Assembly: GCF_006345805.1 (NCBI RefSeq)
Contig: NW_021823948.1
Span: forward strand, 1 to 20,701
Source: Octopus sinensis
Taxonomy: Eukaryota
Reading direction: 5' to 3'
DNA: 20,701 bases
Notes under the pieces: generated by a model
Told to the model about the DNA's origin: nothing
The model's database searches: none
Seen by the model: the letters and a program-made list of their open reading frames with translations, nothing else
In this document: one piece after another, positions 9,314 to 20,340 of the stretch
How the letters are laid out: every line of letters starts with the position of its first letter
How positions within the stretch are numbered: the first letter of the stretch is position 1
Position numbers and translations under genes: made by a program

Positions 9314-10029
9314 TTACTTATCGTCATCTTCATCCCAAACTTTATAAACATATTTTTTAACATGTCCAGTAGATTTTTTAAGCGCTCTTCTTTGATTTCG
9401 TTTTTCTTCAACATAATATTGCATATAATGGTCCTTAATAATGGAAGGGATCCTCCTTTTGGTCATATTGATATATTCTTCATTTTCGTGTGGCGGAATG
9501 TGATGTTCCTGGGGTTCTCTGTACTGATACAGACCAATCTCATTATATGTCATGTAAGGTTTCATGTGAATGTCATTTCCGGTCTCTAATTGGCTAAAGG
9601 CGTTATCTCGTTCTTTAACAACTTCCAGAATGTGGTCCATAGATTCTTCCACCAAAATATAACTCAACTAATGTCCTACTTTCTCAAATCGTTCAGGAGT
9701 GGGCATAAGTTCTCCTAATCTCTTATATTCGTGTTCCATAGTCATTAGCATATTTCTTTCTTTTAATAAAACGTACCAAAGTTTGTGAAGATCCTGGTTT
9801 GACTTTAAACGGAGTTCTTCAATTTTCCATGGTCGTCCTTTGAGTTTGGCGTATATAAAAACCTACCGGCTTTTACGGAAATTGCTTTCCAATTTTTTTT
9901 GTCATCAAAAAATTCCATTAAATTGCAACGAATTTCAGTTGTACAAATCATTTTGTAAATATTGAAATTATAGCTTTAATTTTATTTTAATATTCAAACG
10001 TACTTGGTAGGTAAAAACCACTTGATCAT
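9314..10029 (-). CDS. MRPL47: Mitochondrial ribosomal protein uL29m/MRPL47, ~209 aa; exons 10029-10004, 9973-9867, 9837-9680, 9652-9314
   Basis: [60 protein letters not shown]. Introns of 30, 29 and 27 nt; the third ends in TG rather than AG. Confidence 0.93.
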
Positions 10030-10899
10030 AACACGAGATAATGTATTAATATATTTATTTAAACTGGTATAATGTAATAATGAAAATTAGAAAGTTAATA
10101 TTACGTTTTAAGATTTTCAATAAAACTTTTTCAAACAAACAGCAAGTTTTGTAAGATCGTACATCACTACCCCATCCCATGTCAATACAATAGAGCTATC
10201 GTGGCTTTTAACTTTTGAATATGTGCCAATTCTGCAGCAATTAGATAAAACTTGTGAAGTTTCATTACTTCTCTTGACTTCGGATTAACTCCGACTTTGA
10301 TGATTCTTATTTCAGCACGTTTATGTGACACTTTTGACTGAATTTTCTGTGCTTTTAATCTTTTGCTTTTCTTTATTTCCAATTGGCGACCCATATGTAA
10401 ATATATACAATTGTATTGTTTCTTCACATGTATGATCCGTGAAGTATTCTTTTAAATACGTGTAGTTGGATGATTTATGGTTTTTATTGAGCCACAAAGA
10501 TAACAATTAAACTGTATCTTTAAAAAACAAATTCCGATCTTTAACTAAGTGATATAGTACAGTAATCTTTCAAGTATTGTTTTCATTAATCAGTCAAAGT
10601 TGAACTTCCCAATGTCAGCATGTGATTTTTAATGTATTTTAAAAGAGTTGAATTTAACAGTTTTTATTTAATAGTATCCATTAGTTTTATCCTTTGACAC
10701 TCCATAATAAAATTTACATCCAATATATATTTCTAAATGGTATTTTGAAATACTCTTCCTTGAATAATCCGATTAAAATAGACTGTTATCGTTGTTGCGA
10801 TTACAATACACTCCTTCCTTCAAGTTTACCCCCCCCCCTAACTGACCATATCCCTAGGACCGCGCAAAAACGATTTTCCAAACTGTGATGATGCCTTAG

Positions 10900-11284
10900 G
10901 ATTATTATTATTCATGCATCAATTGGTTGAAGATTAGCAATTGAGTTCTTTGGAAGCTTTTGTCCAAATTCCTTTGCTTTGGTAATAATAATTTCATCAG
11001 TCAGGTAACCGTTAATAGCATCCATTCGAGATATCCATTCCATAAATAAATTCTCAAGGAGATAATAATTTTTAGAACCTTGTCTATGTAAGTGTTTGAG
11101 CTCTCACTATTTTTTCATTGTTCTTTATTTTCCAAAATTTCAGATAAAGTAGAATTTCCTAGGTCCAGGTTTAATTCTCTTCCGATAATTTGAGACAATT
11201 CATTCAGCGACATTTTCCTCGAATCCTCATTTTACAAATCTGTTCTTTTGGATGAATTTTGAGTTCAGTCCTTTTTCTAACCAT
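10900..11284 (-). pseudogene. Tigger transposase N-terminal remnant (HTH and CENP-B HTH)
   Basis: MVRKRTELKI.., GNSTLSEILENK, MEWISRMDAINGYLTDEIIITKAKEFG, read across frameshifts. Confidence 0.75.
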
Positions 11285-11356
11285 AGAATTACGAAAAGCG
11301 TGCTGTTAATTAAATTTGAAAAAATTAATTAAAAAAATTAATCAACAAAATACAAA

Positions 11357-11582
11357 ATGCTGCGCGACCGATTCGCGTTCTATCCGATTGTGGTCAAGAC
11401 AACTGGAAATATAAATGGGAAATCGCTTCGATTCCTAAAGAAACTTGGACCCTTAGCCATATTAAAAAGCCACGACACACGTGAGACCCGGTGGCTTCTC
11501 CAGTCGATCTCTGTTGCTATAGTGAGAGGCAACGCAACGTCGATAATGTCGGCGGGTCCACTTCGTATGCATTGGTGCGTTA
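11357..11582 (+). mobile_element. 5'-truncated RLE-type (CRE-like) non-LTR retrotransposon tail; resumes at about 14606-14640 after the RTE
   Basis: FYPIVVKTTGNINGKSLRFLKKL...LLQSISVAIVRGNATSI resembles the C-terminus of CRE-clade ORFs (FxPxxxETxG...QRISVAVQRGNA). A short A-run lies at about 14633. Confidence 0.7.
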
Positions 11583-14500
11583 TTATTATTATTATTTGCA
11601 ACATACGTAGAATCATATTAGTTATAATTTTACTCGTGCAGCATTAAAAACAATCCTTTGAACCAGCCTCCTCCAACCTCCTCTGTCGTGAGCGAGTTTC
11701 CTCAGCTCGTCCAGATCCTCACCACTCCTTAGCCTTTTCTTCACACATTTCAGGTCTCCGTCAAGTGTTTCCGGCAGCGTAACACGTGGACGTCCACGGA
11801 AGCTCGATCCCTCTTTCAGGAAGTAGCCCTCCATTGCTATGTTAGCTGGGGCAAGCATGTCCATTCGTAGAATATGGCCAAATAACCTCCACCGCATATT
11901 ACGATTTCCACACTCAGAGGGCCAGTTCTGCATCTATTGTATAGCGATTCCTGGTTGATTCTTATAGGCCAGTTCAATCCCAGTAGGGATCTAAGTTGCC
12001 TGCGGTGAAAAGAATCGAGTCCACGTTGTTCAGTACTAGACATTCCCCAGGTCGCCGAATATATGTCAGGATTGGTTTGACAAAGGCTTCATACATCCTC
12101 AGACGAAGTGACGTACAGAGTCGTCGTTTGCCGATCCACTCTTTCTTTATCTTGTTCATCGTGGCCCAAGCGAGAGCCTTTCTTCTGACAATATCATGGC
12201 CGTCCCCAAGTAGAGAACCGAGTTTGTTCGTTTTGCGCCAGGCTTCACTTGAGAGCTGCTCTCCATCCTCATGATTTCAACGATGTCGGTTTTTCCAACG
12301 TTCATTTTAAGGAACCATCTGTTCAGCTCAGCAGGTGCCACTTCAAGGAGTCGAAGTAAGGCCGATTTGTCGTCTGACACGAAGTCGACGTCATCTGCAT
12401 ATACAATTTCGACGATATTGCCAGCATAGAATTTTCGAAGGTCTCGTAGTGCCGTCTCCAGATAGATCACGAATAGCAACGGCGAGAGGGCGTCTCCCTG
12501 AGGGGTACCGACGTTGCACGTGAATTCACGGGAAAACGCCGTGCCGACCCGCACCTTGAGCTTTGTGTTCGATAGTAGTACTCTTATCATATTGACAGAG
12601 TCAGGGTCCAGGAATTGTTCCAGTATTTTGAGGAGTAGACCACGGCGTACCGTGTCAAAGGCCCTAGACAGGTCTATTCCCAGGACTGTTGTTGCACTTT
12701 TGTATCTCTGGGTGATAGCGCAGTACCACTTGTGGGCCCAAACAGCATCGGCGGTGGATCTTCCTGTCCTAAATCCACTATGACTCGGGGATAGATAGTT
12801 GTCCACTTGTTCTCTTATTCGGTTCAGTGTAACTAATCCCAAAAGTTTCCGTAAGGTGTTTAGCAAGATTATAGGGCGTAGATTTTCGACAGGCCCAGCC
12901 TGCTTGTTAGGCTTTTGGATCGGTATTAATAATCCGGAATCAAGACCGAGGAATTCCTTTTTCATAAACATACCATTGAGTAGCTCCGCCAGTTTGTCTG
13001 TTAGTGCAGGCGGTCCGTATTTAAACAGTTCTGAATTTATTCCATCCGGTCCAGAGGAGCGGCCATTTTTAAGTTTGGCTATTGCAGTTGATACTTCACC
13101 GGTGGTGATAGGTAGGCTGAGATGAGTGGTGTATCCGCTGGTGTAATCGGATATTTCTCCGTGAGCGGTTAATATACTCTCGAAATACGAGGCTATATAT
13201 TCAGCCTGCTCTTTGGGATTTGTGATGAATCTTCCATTGCTGTCATGGATTTTGAGTTTGTTAGTTTGTTTTTTCCTGTTGAGTAGGCGGATTGCCGTAA
13301 ACATTTTGAAGAGTCCTTTAGCTGTTCAATTCCTGCAGCTATTAAGTCGAGTTTGTTAGTGAAGTTTGTCTTGTTCAACATTTTGATTTTTTTCTGGGTA
13401 GATGAACGTCTATTCTGTAAGATTTGTTTCTTCTTCGGATCAGATGTTTTCCAGTTGTAGTCTTAGCTCCTTTTGTTCTTTGATGAGGGCAGGGAGATCA
13501 GAGTGTATACCTTTGTTGCATAGTACTTGCGACCGAAGGCCAATTGCCTCGTCGGCTGCCAAGAGGATCCCTTTCATTGTCTCCGCCCAGGCACCTCCTG
13601 GAGAAAGTTCGGCATTTATGTTTCCAAGAGATTTCATGATTGACAGTTGGTAGTTGTCTCTGACCAGCGTAGATGAGCACAGTTGTTCGATTTTATGCCT
13701 TATCCTTACATCAGCGTTGGGCCCCCTTCGTCGTAGGTCAATTGATGTCTTCATAGCAAACTTGGCAGAGACAATTTTATGATCACTGTAAGTAGCTGCA
13801 CCTCCATAAGACCTTGAGTCTCGGAGAAGCGATTTTTCCCCGGCTCGACAGACGATGTAGTCAATTTGGTTGAAAATGTTGACGGACCCTGCGGTCGGTG
13901 AGGGTCGTTGGCCAGTCCACGTCGTTTTGTGACGCGCGGGATGCTGGAAACCGGTGTTGCATAGGAATAGGTCAAAGACCCGACAGAATTCAGCTAGAAC
14001 AGTTCCTGGATAGTTTCTGATTCCTCTTCCGTGATGGCCAATAAAACTTTCGTTTCCCTTACGGGTTCCAACTTTCGCATTCCAGTCCCCGGCAACAAAC
14101 AGAAAGTACGAAGAACCGAGGTCTGTTAATGTCCTTCCTAATTCCTCATAGAAGATATCAAGTTCTTCTGGATTTTTTTGAATACGTCCACTGTGTGGCG
14201 CGTAGACATTGACAATTGACGTGAGTCTCCTCGACTTGCTGCTTGAGATTGTACGTAGTTGTAAGACGCTGATCCTATCGCTGACTTTCCAATATCGATA
14301 TAGTCTGGAGGTGTGGTTCTTGTGTATTGCGAATCCTTGTCCATAATGTATAGATTCTGAGGGAAGCAGTATTAGGCGATAATTTCCGTGTATTTCGTCA
14401 AGTCCGTGTTTTACTTTAGTCTCCTGTAGACAGCATATAGAGCCCTGGTATTTTCGAGATCAGTACATAGAGGTGCCTCTTAGCCACGGTTTTCAGACCT

Positions 14501-14595
14501 CTGACATTGAAGGTAAGGATTGTTAGTTCATTAGATTGTTTCGAATGCTTAATAGACATTAGTGCAAGAGAGGCACGTCACCACCTCAACCAAAA
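11583..14595 (-). mobile_element. Full-length RTE-like non-LTR retrotransposon (~3.0 kb)
   Basis: Perfect 10-bp TSD TGGTGCGTTA (11573-11582 and 14596-14605). (TAA)n 3' tail, single APE-RT ORF, 36-nt 5' UTR. Confidence 0.92.
11622..14559 (-). pseudogene. APE endonuclease-reverse transcriptase ORF broken by multiple small indels
   Basis: ATG at 14559, then TFNVRGL, CLQETK, AGDWNAKVG, NQIDYI, DHK (APE); RPIILLN, GFRTGRST, DLSRAFDTV, GTPQGDALSPLLF, YADD (RT); RWRLFGHILRM..GRPRVT (RTE C-terminus). Confidence 0.92.
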
Positions 14596-15127
14596 TGGTG
14601 CGTTAACTTTTAATTATATCGGTTTATAAACTAAAAAAACAACAGAATTATTTTTTAATAATAATAAACAAAATTAATTCGAAATTATATTAATCCTAGC
14701 GTTCGGATTGCGGATTATTGAATTTTCGGAGCATTGAATCAAATTTGGCAGGAAAAAGTTAGATAATTTATAATTTCAATTAAAAAATTCGGATTATTGA
14801 AGTTTTCGGATTATTGAAGTTCGGATTAACGGTGCTTGACTATATTAGAAGAAATTGCAGTAGACGCAAAAAAGGTTTTAACACTACAAAAATTGATGGG
14901 ATTGTTAACCGGTTTGAAAAATATTATCCCCAACCTACTCGTTGTGAGGACCTTTATGATTGTTAATTTAAAAAATAATATTTGTTCTGTTACCCATAAT
15001 ATGATTACAATTAGTATATACAATTTTTTGATAAAATGCTAACTTGAATTTCAAAATTGTAAATTTGAAATTTTCAATTACAATTTAAAGTTCATAATAG
15101 ACAAATTGACTTGAAAATGGTATAAAC

Positions 15128-16262
15128 CAGTGTTTCCTAAACTTTTTCTTGTTGTCGTCCCCTTTAACAAACTTTTTAGAAATATCGCCCACCATGAAAA
15201 TGTACATGGAAACAAAAAGAAAAAATAAATTTATCTATAACAACAATCAATGAGAACAATGACGTGGTATGAATCTAAAAACAAGTTCTACATTTGGTTT
15301 TATGTTCATAAGACGAAGCCGTAGATCTCCTTTCTCAGCAACGTCTAAGCGGTTTTGACTTTTGGTAACGAGTTGAGATACAACGCTAAAGCTTCTCTCA
15401 ACTGAGTAAGAAGTAAGAAAAGCGATAAAAAATAATTTAGCTTTCTCCTATAACACAGGATATTTTTCAGGAATATTCGCCTGTAGCCAAAAATCTTGAT
15501 AGGACTTTCATTTGAATGTTGGTTTCAATTCCCAATTATTTTTCAATACAATTAGTTCCAGGTGACAAGATTCGCCGTCTTCGATATCTTGAAAAGGATC
15601 TATGATCCAGTCCGGAACTTCTAGTTCGCACAGATCTTTGAAACGCTGCTTCACATCATTTTCAAGAGTGATTAAATGTTCAACATAATTTTCGAGATGG
15701 CTGTTTACGCGGGAATTGTCTTTCAATTCTCCGAGCCAGTAATTAATGGCTAGATTTTTTTTCAAAAAGACATTATTTACTTTAAAAAAATTTTTCGAGA
15801 TCGTCTTCAGAAAGTAGATTTTTAAGATTGTCGAGACGTGGAAATTGGCTTAACTCCTTTCTACCAATATTTCTACAAAACAAGGATAGCATTGAAATAT
15901 AAGCAGTAATGAGTGACTTTTCTTAAATTAAAATAATATGAGAAAAATTAACGAATACCTTTATTAAGTTAGTATCGGCGAATTGTAGTTGTACGTTATT
16001 TACATTAAACTTAGCAAAAATGTCTGTCAAATAAGCAACATCATGTTTAATAGATTCTAGTTCTGGACCAAGGTGAGAGTTCAAAAATTTGAGAAATTCA
16101 ACTACAGTGTCGAAGAGAGAGAATATACGTCCCAAACAGTCACCCTTTGAGCTACCTTACTTCCGTGTGCATTAAAAGTCGTACAAAATCTTCATCATTA
16201 TCGACTCAAAGCTGATAAAAAAGGCGTGAATTCAGCGAATTTGATTTAATTTTGTTAATAAA
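15128..16262 (-). mobile_element. Buster-type hAT transposon, 3' half (transposase C-terminus 16262-15247, decayed)
   Basis: TIR CAGTGTTTCCTAAAC at 15128, preceded by GTATAAAC. Motifs LNSRLF, HTEVR, VAYLTDIF, RFKDL..PDWIIDPF, TSYSVERSFS, GDLRLRL. Confidence 0.88.
15699..15791 (+). mobile_element. 93-bp A-tailed insertion with TSD inside the hAT transposase (retroposed small RNA, SINE or LINE tail)
   Basis: Flanked by TTTTCGAGAT (15689-15698 and 15792-15801). Ends in A7. Removal restores hAT DDLENYVEHL. Confidence 0.7.
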
Positions 16263-16502
16263 ATTCGTTAACTTAGTCGAACATTAATTTCCCTTTAGTA
16301 TCGGTTTCTAGCATTCGTGCAAAAAGTAATTCCTGCACAATCCGACCATCTTTGACAAAACATACATATGCAAGCAATAAGGAGTCATTTCCAGGAAGTA
16401 TTGACTCATCTAACTGTAGACTAAAATGCGTATTTTTCAATATCGAACACAGACTAAAATGCGTACCTTTCTTAAATGCTGACTTAATCTAGAAGGCTTC
16501 AT

Positions 16503-17155
16503 AGCCTCGTTAGAAAACGACTTTCTAATACCGAACTAACTGTACGGGTTGGAAACGAGTTATCAAATCCTTTCGGGACAACAATTGGAACACCTCAGGG
16601 GGACTCTCTATCTCCGATTCTATTCATAGTATACCTGGAGACAGCACTGAGAGATCTCAGAACAAAGTGCGAAAAATCGATGCCGATGGAAATTATATAT
16701 GCAGACGACATAGACTTTGTGTCAGAAAATTATCATGAACTTGCTTCTGCTTTTGAGAAAATTCCGGACGAATTTGAGAGATGGTGTTTACACGTTAATC
16801 GAGAAAAGACCGAACACGTAAGAATCGCAAGGGAATCGAAATATATTGATGAAAGTTGGAGGAAAAAAAGGAAATTGGGATCATTACTTGGTGATAGTGA
16901 GGAAATAATGTATCGGAGAGTTTTCGCCTTTGCAATGTACAAGAAAATGAAAAAGATATGGAATCATCAAAAACCTCAAAAAACAAACCTCAAGCTAAAG
17001 CTGTACAACGCATATATAAAACCAGTACTCTTGTAAAACTCGGGTACCTGGAGTGTCATAGAGGCAGAGTTACATAAAATGGAAACGTTTCACAGAAAAC
17101 AACTACGCAATCTAGTGGGCCTAGGATGGCCAAAAAAGATTCCTAGCAGAAAATT
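16503..17155 (+). pseudogene. RTE-like reverse transcriptase fragment, related to but distinct from the 11.6-14.6 kb element
   Basis: GTPQGDSLSPILFIVYLETALRDLR, IIYADD, KLYNAYIKPVLL-stop-NSGTW, FHRKQLR. Truncated at both ends. Confidence 0.9.
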
Positions 17156-17582
17156 ATTACCTATAGTTCTGATCAACTTTAGATACGTTAAGTCATGCAA
17201 AACGCACCAAAAACCTCCAAAAAAGTTGAGTCTTACAACATTTTCAGTGATTTAGATGCTTTCAATTCAATCCGAACGTCTTTAACTTCGTTTCTATCAT
17301 TCATCTTTTTCATTTTGAAAACCAATGGATTAACGATCCAGGTAAACTTCACAATTTTGACGCATGAATTTAAACAAGAGATTTTCAACTTAATAGGCAA
17401 GGACTTTGATACGAGTGCATGTCGATTAAGAATACAGTGAGTAACTTTTACATCTGGAACATGTTTTCTTAAAAGGGCTGCAAAGCCCGACCTGTTCCCC
17501 AGCATTACTGAAGCACCGTCCGTGCAAACTGATCCGATAATTTCCAATGGAATATCATGTTCATTAAAAAAAGTCTCAAGTA

Positions 17583-18853
17583 CAGTAAACATCGGTTAAT
17601 TGCATATCGGTTAATTGCATAAATCGGTTAATGGCATAAATTCATGTTTAAAACCATAACTTATATGGTTTCCATTGAAAAAATATCGGCTAATTGCATA
17701 TCGGTTAATTGCATAAATCGGTTAATTGCATACTCTCATTGGGAACATTTACTATTTTTTCTTATAAAAATTTTCGCATAATTGCATAATTATAATTTGT
17801 AATTTTAACGAAGAAGGATAGAATAACTGTAATGGTATCCTGCAACATGACGGGTTCGGACAAACACCCATTGATGGTCATTGGGAAAAGAAAGAATCCT
17901 AGGTGCTTTAAAGGAATCAAAACACTTCCAGTCAACTACGTTGTCAATAAGGTAGCATATCAATTTCAGTAGAATTATAGAATGCATGGATGACATCACG
18001 CATTTTTAAAAACTGGTTATCATGTGTTAACAAGAAAATGAAAATACAAAAAAAAAATATAGCCATGGTCCTTGACAATTGTGCTGCGCATCCAAAAGAT
18101 GCTGGAGAAAATCTATCAAATGTTAAATTGTATTTTATTCCACCAAACACATCCGCATGCATTCAGCCATGTGATATGGGGATCATAAAAAGTCTAAAGC
18201 ACAACTACAGATTGGCATTTTTACAAAGAGTGATTGCCGTAATTGATTCAGACGATGCCTGTCTCAAATCCGTTGTGAATTCTATCACTCTTTTGGATGC
18301 GCTACACATGCTCAAAATGGCTTGGAGGGAAGTCAAAATAGCAACAATTTACAACTGTTTCCGTAAGGCTAGATTCCATGAGGAAGTGGGGGAAAATATG
18401 TTTAGTGACATTGAATGTGACGAAATAACGATGGATGTTGCTAATGAGGATGAAGAATGTATCGGAATCATGTCCGATGAAGAAATATGTTTAATGTCAA
18501 GAGATATTTCTTGTGAAGACGATGAGGACGATGAAGATCCCATACCCGTGAAAACAACCAATTCGGAAGCTATGGGGCATGCAGATTAATACGCCAGTTT
18601 CTTACTAACAGCGATTTAACAAGTGAAATGGATATGAACAACTTCTATGAACTAGAAAAAAGCGTCCTACGCCTTTGCCAGAAGACTAGACAGTCCAAAA
18701 TTAATGATTTTTTTAAACGTTTTTGATTATTTTCTTTTCTTGACTATTAAAAAAATTATTGATTTTTATTAAAACATCGGTTAATTGCATATATCGGTTA
18801 ATTGCATAAGATTTTCCGTGGACAAATGTTATGCAATTAACCGATGTTTACTG
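17583..18853 (+). mobile_element. Complete internally deleted pogo/Tigger element (Tigger-D)
   Basis: Perfect 24-bp TIRs CAGTAAACATCGGTTAATTGCATA with TA TSD on both sides, and multiple ATCGGTTAATTGCATA subterminal repeats. Excision restores hAT VFHILETFF. Confidence 0.95.
17810..18726 (+). pseudogene. Tigger transposase DDD-domain remnant without the N-terminus; 29-nt intron at 17952-17980
   Basis: RITVMVSCNMTGSDK..IGK..NPRCFK..YVVNK|NAWMT, LDNCAAH, IQPCDMG, acidic tail, and RQSKINDFF (PIP-like) after a frameshift. Confidence 0.88.
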
Positions 18854-19779
18854 TATATGAAAAACATTTTTTTGCAGAGGCTTCTTTTTCGAGAAATTTA
18901 CAAAAAAGAAACTCTTCGGTAATTAAATTTTCTTGCGCATAACGAACAAAAGGAAATAGTTGACTGTAATTATCAACATCAGTGAACTCATCCAACTGGA
19001 TTGAAATTTTGATGAAGAATTCTTTATGTCCAAAACAACTTGATTAAAAATATCATCACTGATACAAATAATTCTATCCCAGATGAAATTATTTGACAAA
19101 GGAATCTGCTGCAATTTTCGTGAAGTGTCCGGACCCAGAACTGTTTTCACAATTTCTAATGCACACGGTTTAATAAGAGTCTCGGCAATAGTATGCGGCT
19201 TCTTCGATTTTGGAACTTCATATTCTACTTGGAATGATGCTAAAAGTAGCGGTTTGTCAATGGAGGTAAATCCATGCCCTGGAAACCTTCCTTTACTATC
19301 GTATCTGACCCTTTTAGCCTTCAAACATTCGAAATAATTTCCTGAACGTTTTATTCCCCCGTGCATAACCAAAAAATGCTTGTTCAGCTTCGATGGTTTC
19401 AAATTAGAGTTGGAAATAATTGCATCACAAAGGATCCACTGGGGTCGATCGATTCCATCAATGACTACCATAGTTAACATAGTCTTCATTCCATTTTCGA
19501 ATTTTGACACACGTTGACATAAAAACCACGAGTTTTCAAATATATATTTCAAAAAAATATAAATGTACTTAAATTTTCTTGTTATATATTTTATTTGTAA
19601 ATCATTTAAATATATGTAAAAGTAATCATGATTTTTAAAATCGTTCCAGGCATTCCCTAAAAAATTTCAGCCACCCCAATCAAGAAGCACTGCTTTAGAG
19701 AAACTAAATTATTTAATAAAATTTATTAGAAGTTTTTAATCATAAATTTGGGTTTTACGGTTGCAATCTGAAGTACTTA

Positions 19780-20340
19780 CAGTGGGGCAAATAAGTCATG
19801 GCACACCTATCATTTTTTTTAATTCAATATATTTTTACAATGATAACTTTTCGATTTAGTTCATCATGCTACACAATAAAATCTTGCATTCTTTTGAACC
19901 CATTTCGTGCTAATTATATTCATGAATTTCAAATAAATGTATAATTTTTTTGCTTCATATTTAGAAAAACGTCAAATTTGATGTGTAAAAAAGTGATGAC
20001 ACTATCAAAAAATATGGATTTTTTGACAATAAGATACAAATGATTATCTTTTGGTGCCTTGTTTTTTCTTTGAAATAATTTGTCGCGACCCACGCTGGCG
20101 ACCATCCCACGCTGGCGACCAGAGCGACCTTCATTGTTGACAGATTGACAGGGCGACCTACATAGTTTGACACTAATTACTGACTAAAGATAATTGCTAA
20201 AAAATCAAAAAACTTAACATTTTTTATCTCTATTCATAGTAACTATTTCGTAATTCGAACTAAATGTTTGTTAGGAAAGACAACTAACCATTAATCTGTA
20301 TTTAGACATTATATTTTTTACTTTTCCCTTTTCTTCATAT
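19780..20340 (+). mobile_element. Probable Tc1/mariner-type left terminus and subterminal region; right boundary unknown
   Basis: TA|CAGTGGGGCAAATAAGT resembles Tc1-family TIR starts. GCGACC and CCCACGCTGGCGACC repeats at about 20085-20158. No transposase recognised. Confidence 0.45.

Larger units (their letters stand above)
10760..14842 (-). mobile_element. Degraded pogo/Tigger element (Tigger-C) hosting the CRE-like and RTE insertions; left boundary approximate
   Basis: CGGATTATTGAA repeats at about 14700-14830 and end ...CGGATTAACGGTGCTTGACTA|TA. An inverted AATAATCCGA lies at about 10764. Transposase N-terminus at 11284-10900. Confidence 0.6.
17342..19692 (-). mobile_element. Buster-type hAT transposon, 5' half (ATG at about 19520), interrupted by Tigger-D
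   Basis: End ...AAGAAGCACTG at 19692, followed by CTTTAGAG. Motifs RKWNEDYVNYG, LKPSKLNKH, KSKKPHTIAETLIKPC, IPLSNN, SVCTDGASVMLG, THCILNRHAL. Confidence 0.88.

Noticed and set aside
10080-10620. Short ORFs on both strands upstream of MRPL47
   Set aside because: No family motifs and no convincing splice model, although an unrecognised host gene cannot be excluded.
11996-13653. Several plus-strand ORFs of 60-108 aa
   Set aside because: Antisense shadows of the more GC-rich RTE coding sequence.
14836-15042. 68-aa ORF between Tigger-C and the hAT
   Set aside because: Starts inside the Tigger TIR and has no recognisable homology.
16417-16465. Direct repeat AGACTAAAATGCGTA x2
   Set aside because: Small local duplication with no evident element or function.
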